Source: Zancudomyces culisetae HAW-14-8 | Lineage: Eukaryota; Fungi; Kickxellomycota | Length of the DNA: 64,000 nucleotides | Assembly (NCBI GenBank): GCA_052426225.1 | Contig: JBNJNM010000013.1 | Coordinates: 372,001-436,000 of the forward strand | Direction of reading: 5' to 3' | Shown here: in pieces, positions 1 through 11,811 of the stretch | Position numbering within the stretch: the first letter of the stretch is position 1 | Layout of the letters: each line of letters begins with the position of its first letter | The notes under the pieces: model-generated | Database searches by the model: none | What the model was told of the DNA's origin: nothing | The model's input: only the letters and a program-made list of their open reading frames with translations | Position numbers and translations under genes: made by a program

Positions 1-1020
1 GTTGAAGGCATTGACACAACAAACGCATGTTACGGAGGAACTTCGGCATTGTTCAATGCATGCCAGTGGGTTGATTCATCGGCATGGGATGGTAGACTCG
101 CTCTAGTTGTCGCTGGTGATATTGCAGTGTATGCATCAGGAAATGCCCGCCCATCTGGAGGAGCTGGAGTAGTTTGTATGTTGGTTGGTCCAAACGCACC
201 ATTGGCATTCGAATTCCCACTGAGAGGAACATATATGAGCCACGTCTATGATTTTTACAAACCAGACTTATCATCTGAATTCCCAACAGTTGATGGACCT
301 TTATCCGTTGTTTCTTATATCAAGGCATTTGAAAATGCTTATCTCAGGTATTTAGAAAAGTTGGAGGTTGCTGAAGCAGACAAAAAGGCGTCTGTAGAAA
401 GTTTTGACTACATTCTATTCCACTCCCCCTATACAAAGCAGGTAGCCAAGGCCTTTGGACGATTGTTATTTGTTGACTTTTTGCGAGACCCAGAGAACCC
501 ACTCTTTGCATCAGTCAAAGAGCAATTTGCAGGAAGAACTTTGGAGGATACTTACACCGATAAGGTGCTAGAAAAATCGTTCATTACTTTGGGCAAAAAA
601 TTGTTTGCACTCAAGACTGAACCCTCACTGTACGCCGCCAAGAACATTGGAAATATGTATACAGCCTCTGTGTTCTTTGGTCTAGCTTCATTGCTTACCA
701 ATGTCAGCTCAGGGACTCTACAAGGTAAAAGAATTGGTATGTTCTCATACGGATCTGGGTGTGCTGCTTCGTTCTACTCGTTTAGAGTAGTTGGTGACAT
801 TTCCGAAATTGCACAAAAACTCAACCTTGTTTCCTTGATGGAACAAAGAATTGCAGTTTCGCCAAAGGACTTTGAGAGTATTATGGGTGTACGCGAAAAT
901 ACACACAATTCAGTCGAATATAAACCAGTAGGACCTACCGAGGATTTGTATCCTGGTACTCACTACCTAGAATCGATTGATTCTATGTGGCGCAGATATT
1001 ACTCGGTTACACCTCAATAA
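1..1020 (+). CDS. ERG13: Hydroxymethylglutaryl-CoA synthase (5'-partial; runs off window start)
   Basis: Frame 1 is open from base 1: VEGIDTTNACYGGT (catalytic Cys motif), ARPSGGAG, YDFYKP, FHSPY, GNMYTAS, FSYGSG. Stop TAA at 1018-1020. Confidence 0.97.
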   Translation, partial: VEGIDTTNACYGGTSALFNACQWVDSSAWDGRLALVVAGDIAVYASGNARPSGGAGVVCMLVGPNAPLAFEFPLRGTYMSHVYDFYKPDLSSEFPTVDGPLSVVSYIKAFENAYLRYLEKLEVAEADKKASVESFDYILFHSPYTKQVAKAFGRLLFVDFLRDPENPLFASVKEQFAGRTLEDTYTDKVLEKSFITLGKKLFALKTEPSLYAAKNIGNMYTASVFFGLASLLTNVSSGTLQGKRIGMFSYGSGCAASFYSFRVVGDISEIAQKLNLVSLMEQRIAVSPKDFESIMGVRENTHNSVEYKPVGPTEDLYPGTHYLESIDSMWRRYYSVTPQ

Positions 1021-1224
1021 TACATTTCTCCTTAGCTTTTTTTTTTAATAGCACACTAACGTTTTACCATAATTATAATGTTACCAATGTTTAAATAAAA
1101 AATATATGCAAATCATGGTTTTGTGGCATTGATGAAGATACAAAAAGTAGGGGGAAAGAGAGAAAGGGGAGGGGTGGGGATGGTAGTTAAGATAGATGAT
1201 GTACAAGTAACCAAAAAATAAAAA

Positions 1225-1503
1225 TTAGGTTTTATGTAAAGGTGAGTCAGAATTAACTGTCAGTGTTATTCGTTTTATTGGTTGTGAGATGGTTATGACT
1301 GTGTGCGGTACTAGAACAACGGACAGTCTAGACTCTAAAGCAGTTTGTGGTTCTTTTTCGATTAAATGCTGATGAAAGCGGCGGCGGTGATGATGATGAT
1401 GATGATGATGATGGGAATGGCGGTGGTGGTGGTGATGATGTTTAGGTTCAGATGATGGTAAAAACAAAGTTTGTGTATTGTTAACGGTGATTAAAGATTT
1501 CAT
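1225..1503 (-). CDS. Putative 92-aa His-rich small protein
   Basis: ATG is preceded by an A-run (TAAAAAAATG on minus). His tract HHHHHHRHSHHHHHHHHHRRR uses mixed CAT/CAC codons. No homolog recognised. Confidence 0.35.
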   Translation of the reverse strand: MKSLITVNNTQTLFLPSSEPKHHHHHHRHSHHHHHHHHHRRRFHQHLIEKEPQTALESRLSVVLVPHTVITISQPIKRITLTVNSDSPLHKT

Positions 1504-3055
1504 TTTTTTACTTTTTGAGCTTTAAGCTGGCTTATGACCCGTAAAATCTATGGCAAATAAAAACATAATTCAACCATTCGCTGAAATTTAGCAAAAATAC
1601 AAATAAATAAATAAATAAATAAAGGTTAGTAGAAACCACTATTGTAAATAAATATCAAAAAATAAAAACAGTGAAAAAACGATTTACATTTTCAAACAAA
1701 AAAGAAAATAAATAAACTGACCAATGAATACATGAACGAGGTGAAAAGTGTGGAAGGGTGGATAAATGAGGAGAATGGGAGGGGGGGGCAGGTGGAGAGG
1801 AGGAGAGGAGGAGAGTAGTTGATGGAAATGATTTCCAATGTTTATGAAAAAAAAACACGTAAGTACGGTCTTTTTATTATTTGTTTATTTAATTACTGGT
1901 CGATTGGAAATGTGTAGTAGAAAGGGAGATATAAATAAAATTGCATAACAAAACAATTCATGATAAATTCGATTGGCAACGAAAATCATCAAGCCGATTA
2001 TTTCTATTACAAGTCAAAGTAAACAAAGAGAAAATAAACAAATCATACCAGAATTAAGTAATGCAAAAAAAAAAGAGAGAAAAGATAGTAGTGCAAAAGG
2101 GTAAAACGTGACCTGAAAATGCATTGTAAAATCACGGCTTTTATTTATTTATTTATTTACTTTGAATCTCACGTTGTTTATTAGAGCTTAAACGAAAACC
2201 ACTTTCTGCAAAAAAAAAAATTAAAAAAAAATTAGTAAATAGATAAAATACAAAAACAAATAGATGCAAAGTATCAGGCACATGAGATCTGAAAAAAGTT
2301 TGCTTGGATACAGTTTTTTCATGTTATTTTCCTTTTTTTTTTTGAAGAAATTTACATGATATCTTGTTTAGTTTACTCTAAAATAAGTGGAAATAAAAAT
2401 AAATAAATAAATAAATAAACAAAATTAATGTTTTTAGTAAAAGTGGAAAGGATTTACGCTACATGTAGAAAAAAAAAAGACCCAAAATTACAAAATATCT
2501 CAATGCTTTTATAACTGAGCAGGCTAATAGAAATAAATCATTAATAATAAGTCTTGTATATTTATAATAATTCATTCTCTTTCTGTAAAAAAAAAAAAGA
2601 CTACAAAGTATATCAACATATATTATTAAAGAACAAAGTGTAGAACATACACATAGTTGTAAATAAGTGTACTAGTAATAGTTGCGAACATATGGTCAAG
2701 GGTGTATCATAACGTATGTAGATAATAGAATAGAACAAATAGAGCAAAAGCTAAAGAACAAAAGTGTAATTTGCTCATAGAACAATAGTGTAATTTATTC
2801 ATAGAAATAAAAACGAAAAGACTCGGAATAGTGTGGAAAAGTGAACGAATATATACTTGAGTAATAATACTGAAAAAGTAAACCAGAAACAAGATCTCGA
2901 GTATAAATACGAAATATATCTACAAACACAGATATAGAGGCAAGCAATAATCAAAAAATAGCCTAAAATAAAGCATAGAGTGTGTGCGGGGGGGGAGAGA
3001 GTATACATATTAGAACAATCAACAAAAGAGATATAGACACGAGCAAGACGTAAAT

Positions 3056-4409
3056 ATGCAAAAAGCAATTGTGGAAGGTGAAAGGAGACAGTATTTAATG
3101 ATGGACAAGCTGGAGAGTAATACTAAGCCCTTTGAAAATATCAAGAGTGGAAAAGAGCAGAAAAGAACAACGATAGGGATGGAGGGCGGAAAAGGAGCAA
3201 TAAATGAGCCAGTAAAAGGAGGGATAGGAGTAGGAACGCGGACAGGAAGTCGGTATCATGCACTGAGTCTAGGGGCGATGGATTTTGAGCAAGAAAGAGA
3301 GATGCAGGAACAACAACGTAGGCGGTCGCAGCAATACAGAGGGAAATATGGGGGAGGAGCGGAGAATAAAGAGCGGGAAGGAATGCTACATCAGGGAGAA
3401 GGCGAAGCAGAAGGAGAAGAAGGAGAAGCGGAAGGGGTGCAGGCATATGCAAAGCTAGAGGGTATGGGATTTAGTTACTATGTGCGAACGTTATCGATAG
3501 TATTGGGGCGAAACACAGAAGGCGAGAGAGGAGTTGATGTAGATTTAGGCAGCTACAAGACTATTTCACGAAAACACGCGCGGATATTCTACAACTTTAT
3601 GCGACAGACATTTGAGCTACAGGTGTTTGGAAAGAACGGCTGTTTTGTAAATGAAAACTATATAAAGAAGGGAATGTCGGTGCCACTGGGACACCGCACA
3701 GTCATAATGCTGGGCGAAAAAGTGTTTACGTTTCTGTTGCCAAAGGTGTCGGTGGAGCATCAGGAACGAATGGTGGCAAACGGAGTAGGGCGGACGGGAT
3801 ACGGGATAGAAAACGACTATTACTACTCAGGAGCGACAATTACACCAAAGCGACTGAGTCTAGGGCAATCGATAGGACGGTACAGTGCAGGTGGTGTCGG
3901 CGATGAGTATGGGCGTGGCAGTGGCAGTAGCGGAGGTGGAGGTGGAAGGTTTGGAGGAATGATTGAACACAGTCCTCTCAGCAGCGGCAGTCGCAAACGG
4001 GGCAGGGAAGGCGTGGATGGTGATGGTGATGATGATGATGATGTCGATGATGAGGATAGGTTGTATTTAAGCCATAGCGACAGACTTTACGACGAAAGCA
4101 GTAACAGCAATCCGCTTACTTCTACGCCTACTCGTGGAATTGCCACTGGCCGTCGTGACGCCGATGGAAGTCTTGCACTTGGGTCTGCTGCCACCGATCT
4201 TGGTATGATAGTTCCTAAAATTAGCGCTCAGAAAACCAAATACCAAACCGTTCCCCGCCCACCAATTGGCCATAGCCCCAGTGCTCAACTCCAGCCATCA
4301 TACCAACTCCAGCTCCACTCCCAGCCTTCTTCAGCTCTTGAATCCTTCCACATTTTGCCTCTACCTCTACGGAATTCTCCTCATCCTCATCCCCATCCAC
4401 ACCACTACC

Positions 4410-4440
<31 letters not shown>

Positions 4441-4963
4441 CCAACAACAACAACAACATCAACAACATCAACAGCAGCATTTACCCCTTCGTCACCATTC
4501 AACTTCTTCTCGTTCACCAATTCATATTGTGAGCAAGTCTCACGAATTAAACAAACCTTCGTTTTCTTATGCGTCACTGATTGCCCAAGCCATTTCTTCG
4601 ACCCCAGATGGCAAAATCACACTGAATGGCATATACACCTTTATTATGGCCAACTACGCGTACTATCGGGAGGCTCAAAACGGTTGGCAAAACTCCATCC
4701 GTCACAATTTATCGCTCAACAAGGCCTTTGTGCGTGTCCAGCGTGACAACAATGAGCCTGGGAAGGGTGCGTATTGGAAAATCGATGAAAAGTATAAATC
4801 CAAATTCATGAATGGTGTGTATAAACGAACCCGCCGCCCTAATGTATCCAAATCATCTTCTGCACACCCTGATAATGATGATGATAGTGGCGAGAAACTT
4901 CCCTCCAATGTTGATTCTAAATCCAAGGCTAAGCCCAAAGTCAAGTCTCAATCAAAAAAATAA
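3056..4963 (+). CDS. FKH2: FHA-forkhead transcription factor (Fkh1/Fkh2/FOXK family)
   Basis: FHA domain (AYAKLEG...LGRN...ISRKHARIFYN...GKNGCFVN) and forkhead domain (KPSFSYASLIAQAI...GWQNSIRHNLSLNKAF...PGKGAYW). Intronless ORF with polyQ. Confidence 0.95.
4409..4477 (+). repeat. (CAA)n microsatellite encoding polyQ in the forkhead factor
   Basis: caacaacaa... run interrupted by His codons, seen directly. Confidence 0.9.
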
Positions 4964-5116
4964 TATATTAGAAAATGCTTATTAGACTACTTTTTTTTTC
5001 TCCCCTTCTCTTCCTTAACTGCAATCAACGTTTATTTGTACTTTTATTGTTTGGTTATTCTTTTTTTTTTTCCTACTTTTACTATACTTGTTGATTTATT
5101 TACAAGCCATTCTTTT

Positions 5117-7753
5117 CTATGATATAAATGTAAATGTATTTTTAAGATTACGCAAAAATGCCTTGCTATTGACTGTACTAGTTCCTCCTAGCAGTATCTG
5201 CACCTTGTTCCCACCCCCACTATTATTACTATTCATGCTTTTACCAATATCGCCTTCCAGTCCATATCCCTCAATTGGCAATGCTGACAGTGATGATGGC
5301 AAGTTGGCATATACTTTTATCAAATCGTTTTCCTCGGAATATGTCAACCCCCCAATAAAAAACACCACAAATACATGCACTTTTCCCTGTCCCATATCAC
5401 TTCCTTTGCCTCTACTCATTCCCATCCCCATTCCCATTCCCATTCCCATTCCCATTCCCATTCCACCAAAACCGTCTGATCCACCTACTAACCCCGTAGA
5501 TCCCATCCGATTTACACCATCGCCTGGGTTCATACCTCCCTGGCTCTGACTTCGTTTTACAACAAGCGCAGGTAATAATGCATCAAGTTTTCGATCGTAC
5601 GTCATTATCGATGATAAATTGACATTTTTTGGGTTGGCTAGATTCCCACCCATACCCGTGTCCATTCCTGATATCGTCCCTGTACCCCCAGATATACCTC
5701 CTCCTCCTCCTCCTCCTCCAATTCCCCCAGCTCCAAGCCCAGCTCCACCAATACCCCCAACTCCACTTCCACTTCCGCTTCCACTCCCACCACCACCACC
5801 AACACCTGTTGCACCCACCCCATCAACACCTGATTCCATCGCTTTGATTAACCTTGTCATCACTTGTACATAGTTGCTCGTGTGTTGTGTATACACATTT
5901 TCCTCCATCATCGCTGCCGCTGCCGCCGGTCCCACTCCCACTCCTACTCCTTTACCACTCGCATTCAATCCCTTTAATATTACATTCTTGGATCGTGCAA
6001 GAAGATTCTGGATGTTGCTCTTAAAAATATCCCATTGCCGATACTTCTCTCCTGAATATTCCATCACAGATTCAATCAATTCCTCAATATCCGCCGTATC
6101 TCCCCCAGCCCCATGCTTGTATTCTACATCTCCACCTCCCCTAGTTCCACCACTTAGTCTCATCCGGCTGCTATTTACCTTTCGTAATCCAGCCTTGATT
6201 TCCCCAATAATGTTTCCTTGGTGGCTCCTTATTTTCTTTTCATACTTTATTATAAATAGCAAACACATTGTTATCAGTTCCTCACTCCCATTTTCCCCAA
6301 TGCCCCCACCGCGCCACTGTTCCTCCCTTGCCTGTGCCCCTACATTCTCTCCAGCTTTGCCCCCCTTTCCATGGTAATGCGTCTCTATTATTTCCATCAG
6401 TGTCCTGTATTCCTTATTAAACTGCTCGTTATCCGTTACCATACTCTGCTCAAACTCGCTTATCTTTAGCAGCTTCTTTTCTCCTACCAACCGGCTGAGT
6501 TCCCCAACTATATTCACGTGTTTGCTCACATTACTCGAAAGCTTTTTATATTCTGGATAGCTCTCTAGAACCCGCTTCATATCACTTATATTTTCCATCT
6601 TTACTGTATTTGTCGAATGTGTCTTGAACCCCTCTACATATTCTTTGATAGTCGTTCCCAAATCCCCAAAGTTCAGGTTCTTGGTTTTTCTATAAAAGTC
6701 GTCCTGATCCACATTTAATACTGCCTCTTTCCCCTTCTCCATGTTTACTATTCCTTTGTCGATTCCTATAAGCTCATGTATCATTGCCAAATACGTCCAT
6801 TGCTGTAGCAGTGGCGTGATTGGGTCGTTCTTTCTGTCTAATATAACCAAAGTACATCCATCACTGTTGTTTCCAAACAATGAGCTTTCTCGTTCAACTA
6901 CGTTTCGCACCTCTTGCCCTAGCCGCTGCCCCATCTTGCTGTTTGCTTCATACCGGATCACGTCGGGCCTACGCCGTGTTGAAAAAAACACCGAGCATAT
7001 TCCCTCTACTGTCCTCGCCAGTGCACTTTCATTCCATAAATCCCTTCCTTCGTAAAGTGGTTGGTTCTCTATTGACCCTATTCCCAGACTAAACATGTTT
7101 GGTAGCATGGCTTGGTAATCTGCAAAATACTCCTATACATTAATATATCATTGTTGTTACACTCCTTCTTGTCCTTCTCTCACTATCACTTTTAGCAATT
7201 TGTTCTTTAAATTGTACATCATTCTCCCGCCTGGTATTATCTTGTTATTGCTCTTACCTGTACTTCTTTAACCACTTCATACTCGTCGTGTTCGGCCAGT
7301 GCTTCGATAACTGTCTTTTTAATCGTGTTGCTAAAATACACATAATACTCTCCGTATTTGGGTTCTTTCAACTCGACAACCAAGTCTGTAATACTTTGTT
7401 GGCTAGGTCTCAAGAATACTATGCATTTTAGAGTCCTCTGTTTGTCTCGATTCTTATTCCCGATTTTATCCACCAGATATATCTCGTTTGCTAACAGGTA
7501 ACTCTGTGTCGAAACCAGTGATATTATGCTCGTCTAAAAAAAAAGTACGCTTTCGTTCAAAATATTTGTCTCTTGATGTTCCAAATATGAACCTTAAATA
7601 ATATTGGGTAGTATTTTCCTGCATACTTACCGTTTCTTCATCCAGCAACAATACCTTCATTCCTTTGACCTCTGTACTCATTTTTTCAATGTAGTACTGA
7701 ATTGAATTTATCAAATTCACCCCGACCTTTTCCTTCCCTCGCAAACCGCTCAT
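5117..7753 (-). CDS. VPS45: Sec1/Munc18-family vacuolar protein sorting protein 45; 3 exons (7753-7631, 7533-7258, 7132-5117)
   Basis: Spliced product reads MKVLLLDEET|TSIISLVSTQSYLLANEIYLVDKI...LKCIVFLRPS...PKYGEYYVYFSN...VKEVQ|EYFADY. Also ILDRKNDPITPLLQQWTY, NVSKHV, ENVYTQH, FFIGGLTYSEE, LLGGT. GT-AG introns keep the frame. Confidence 0.95.
5418..5465 (-). repeat. (ATGGGA)n hexamer repeat encoding a Gly-Met tract in VPS45
   Basis: cccattcccattcccatt... on plus, translating to GMGMGMGMGMGMGM. Confidence 0.85.
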
Positions 7754-10700
7754 TTTTTCTCCTCTGCTATTCAATTTTTCTATAATCTTGTGTTTTTATT
7801 TAAAATGAATAAACTTGGACAAAATATATTAAACGTATTAATTTTCTGTTCCAATAATTTATATTCACTTATTTATCCTCCCTCTCACCAACCCTTTTCC
7901 CTCCCTCCCCACACTTCCCTTCAAATATTTGAAATCCAGTTGATATTTTTATTTTTATTTTTGTTCTTAGCAATAAGCGTAAAATAAACAAATCAAATGA
8001 AATTCCAAAATTCCATAGCTTAGGGCACATCAAAACTAGAAAGCAAATGTGTTAAATCAGTGATGAAAGTGTGCCTTTAAAGCATTCATAAATGTTAATA
8101 TGATTACCGTCCCCGTTCTAGTTCACTCCTTTATTCTAGATATTAATCATAATTTCCTCTTAACACGAGTATTGATTTTAACCTTTAACCACTTGGCTAA
8201 ATATACTACACTCATGTACCTGAGTACATTTATTGCTGTCCAAGTGAGCTAAATATATCTTTCGGAAAAAAAATATATAAACAGTTGATATTAGTCAGAT
8301 TCAATCAGAACAAAAAGTAGCATATCCTTAATATTGGCACTATTTTCTCCAAACTACTTTTATGCATTTCAGTTATTTCAAATTTAACAAACATCTTCAA
8401 GCTCAATAAAAGCATCGACATACCTTGTCATTCACCTACCCTAACCCCCACCCCCTCCCAGAAAAATACTAATCATGATTATTAAAAATGCTCAGAATTT
8501 TTAACCGGTTTTTTTGTTTCAAAGGGAAAGAAGAGGTGATAGCAGATCAAATAGTGGTTCTAAAACAACGTAAATCTGAACGAAAACTTTGCTACCAGAA
8601 GAGATATGCACCTATTAAGAAGTTTACCATTCGTGCTATTAATCAAAGAGAACAAAGAGGAAGCATTTTGACTACAGGGTAAAAAAAAAACAGAAAAAGG
8701 ATAGAATCTTTTAGAACATGTAATACCCATCAAAAAGTCTAGAAACCTGAAGTGTTACTATCGAGATTCAACGAGTAAGTTGGTTCAACACTTTTTACTT
8801 ACATGGGCAGAGGAAAAGTTTTCAGCACGTAAAACTATCACCGTTTTTACTGTCTGGTTTTATGTTAAAGTAAAATAAAATTCTTCTTCCACCCAGTCTA
8901 TGTAACCGCAATTTATTACAGATTTTGCATTGGCACAAAGCAAGAGGATTGATACAAAGGTAAACAAGAACAAAAGTAGTGTATTGCATAGACATTACGT
9001 TGATGGTAATCATAAAAGAATTGTACAATGTAGTTGTTCTCATTCACATAAGTCGGCCAATCTCATGCCTTTATCTTTATGTTGTTGACACCTAGTGGCA
9101 TTTTCCGTCGAGACATTGAGGCGTATGAAAAAATGGCAAAAAAGAGTAATGTAGGGGATATGGGAATTGCAAAACAATGCATTGACTGTGATATACCAAA
9201 TTGAAGTAATTTGGAAAATAAAAATGGGTGAAATGAACAAAATATGATGAAAAATCAGATCGATATTTTGTTAAATGTCTGGAGTGCAATACCTTAATAT
9301 TGATTTGAGTATTTTTTATGGGAAAATACAAGAAATGAAGTTGATGAAAGTGTGCCATGTTTGATGAATTGATGGCTTATTTCGTACTTTTGAAATTCCT
9401 TTTTAGTCAAAAGAAGGTGTCAAGTAAATATTTTTACTGGTACAAATGCCATATTTTTATGTACCTTTGGTATTATGTTTGAATGTGTAAAAAAAATTCA
9501 TCACATTAAAAGCGTGAAAAAAGTTAGTGAAAGAGGAGTACCACTCTATAAACCAAGTTTATAAATGTTACTTTATTATTGACACCGGTGATAGCAGTAA
9601 TAGTTGTGATTGCTGAAATAATTGAAAATCCCTTTCGCGAACACTCTTTAGCCACTATTTTATTAATACAGTTGTTCCTCAGGCCGCCTATAAACGACAA
9701 AAATCATAAACTAGTTTCCCATTTCACAGTTATGAAATGGGTGAATAAACATGGTATTAAGGGAACAAAACGTGTGATGGAATTGAGAATTATAAAACAG
9801 GTGATATTTAATACCTGCTATCCGGGTCAAATAAAAAGGTGTTGAAAAATATTAAACCGGAATTGGTGGCCAGGTATAAATAAATAAACCTGCAAGGTAG
9901 TGTAATATAAAACAGGCTCTGCATTAAGTGCAAACAGTAGGGCTTTTTCATTGGTGTGATGTAATGCTTATACATTTTTGAGTACACATATGGGTCATTG
10001 TGAATGTTGAATTATCATATTAAAGTGGAATGCAAGAAAATAAATTTCAGTATGCCGGAAATAGATGCGACATTGGAATGAACAAGGAATGATAAAAATT
10101 GTGGGGCGAAAGGGGGGGGGGGGAGAGTGGAGGAGCAGAAAATGGGGATATTTGCTTAATTTTAATTTTTTGATACGCTTTGAACAAAAAGTGGTATTTA
10201 GGGCTAAACAACCAACCCACAAAATTTATTTCCCCAAAGCTGTTCGCCATAGTTAACATATTTACACTATTATCCGTGTAGTATCATATTCATTCCTTAA
10301 ACTAGCCTTTTCTATCAACTTAACTGACTACAAATAAAATGCGGCTAAATTTGAGAATCAAAGATATGCATACATGTTTTGAATTAAAAAGTTGAGTGGA
10401 AAGTTTGGGATGTACAATAGAGTTCACGTTTGATGAAATGAAAAGCAATGATGAACCAAATTACCAAGTAATAACAATAAAGAATAAAATTCTTCCTCGT
10501 TTATTCTCAAGGAATTGGTAGCTTACAATATGTACTCAAAAGTGATACACCAAGACTAGCTTCATTTTGCTTATTTTTGGCTAAATGGGGGGGGGGGGGG
10601 TTGTAATCAGACAGTTCGGTTTAGGAAATTATTTATTTCTGTAAGGGTAATTGCCTAGTTTTTTTTGGGGAGAGCAGAGAAGTATGGTACTGTGTGGGAT

Positions 10701-11016
10701 GGGGATCAATATCCGCGGTATACAAGTAAAAAGAGGCATGTGAGAATAAATATTTATAAATTATTAACTCTTCTTTTAATTACCCCTTTTTAAAATAGCT
10801 CTAACTTTTTCTTAAGCTTCAAACGATATATAAGCCAAATCCAAAGGTAATCCAAGGAATAATGATTTGTTTTTTAATTCTAAGTCGAGTTTGTATTATA
10901 GTATGAGAATAAAGGGAGTAAAGTAATATGCTAATAGGTAAGCGCTTAAACTATGTTATTATTGTATGTATTCTTTCTCACCAATTGCAGAATCGTGCTA
11001 ACACTAGCCGAGTTAT

Positions 11017-11466
11017 ATGACTGTAAACTATATAGACACACTTGTAAGCTATGTAAACAAAAACCTATCACCAAGCATTCCCCTACACAGCTTGAGTATT
11101 CATTCATTGTATCCAGACTTTGATCTGTTTGTCATGAAGATCATGCGAGAGGGAAAGATCACAAATCATATTCTCTTACATGCGTTGGTCTATATTGTAC
11201 GGCTGGGAAAAAGTCTACCCAAAGATGCGGTAATAAAGGAGGGCGCAAGGCACAAAATATTCTTAGTTGCGATACTGCTAGCCAGCAAATTTTATAACGA
11301 AGTGGCACCTCTTTCGACAGGAAAAATATTATATTGGTTTCCGGGTCTATTTACTCTTAAAGAGCTGAACGATATGGAAAGGTCCTTTTTGAACATAATC
11401 TCATACAATCTCACAGTACACCAAAAAGACATATTTGAACTTTCATCACATGAAATAGGACTATAA
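11017..11466 (+). CDS. Pho85-type cyclin (PCL1/2-like), cyclin N-terminal box
   Basis: HALVYIVRL...RHKIFLVAILLASKFYNE...FTLKELNDMERSFLNIISYNL matches the Pcl/Pho80 cyclin pattern. A 5' exon may be missing. Confidence 0.8.
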   Translation: MTVNYIDTLVSYVNKNLSPSIPLHSLSIHSLYPDFDLFVMKIMREGKITNHILLHALVYIVRLGKSLPKDAVIKEGARHKIFLVAILLASKFYNEVAPLSTGKILYWFPGLFTLKELNDMERSFLNIISYNLTVHQKDIFELSSHEIGL

Positions 11467-11811
11467 ATCTGAATGGTAGTCCTGGTGATTAGTTCGCCCA
11501 GCGTACACCTTAGAAGGGATAGAAAGCCCTGATGAATTAACGTTATGATTCAAAGCACACTAACAATACTCAAGAAAACATAGCTAAAGTAGATTGTAGA
11601 GTAACAAGGATAATTTTTTAAACAAAAGTTGTCTTTGCTGTTAATGTGTACTCTTTGTAATTTTTCCACGAAAACGCGAGCTAGATCGCTTTATATAGAA
11701 AAATGTATTTAGCAAGACATCTACTCATGAAAATAATGTTGTATATTTGTTTTAAGAAAAAAACAATATGGAAAGAGAATTAAAGTTGCACAATAAAATG
11801 GTAGATTATCA

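Noticed and set aside
1600-2700. Forkhead-like RYAAAYA sites upstream of FKH2 (autoregulation)
   Set aside because: Mostly (AAAT)n and A-rich background, where such matches are expected by chance.
5088-6377. Pro-rich plus-strand ORFs opposite VPS45, and similar antisense ORFs over FKH2, the GATA-PHD gene and SET2 (53735-54538)
   Set aside because: Shadow frames of low-complexity or repetitive coding sequence on the real strand.
8051-8182. Possible box C/D snoRNA (GTGATGA at 8060, terminal complementarity gttaaa/tttaac, inner atgatta/taatcat stem)
   Set aside because: The D box would be TTGA rather than CTGA, the K-turn register is poor, and no rRNA-complementary guide was recognised. An Infernal or snoscan run would be needed.
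8488-9845. Short ORFs between VPS45 and the cyclin
   Set aside because: No recognisable motifs and no consistent spliced frame could be built.
10111-10600. Poly-G runs as G-quadruplex elements
   Set aside because: Simple homopolymers also occur elsewhere in the window, with no further support for function.
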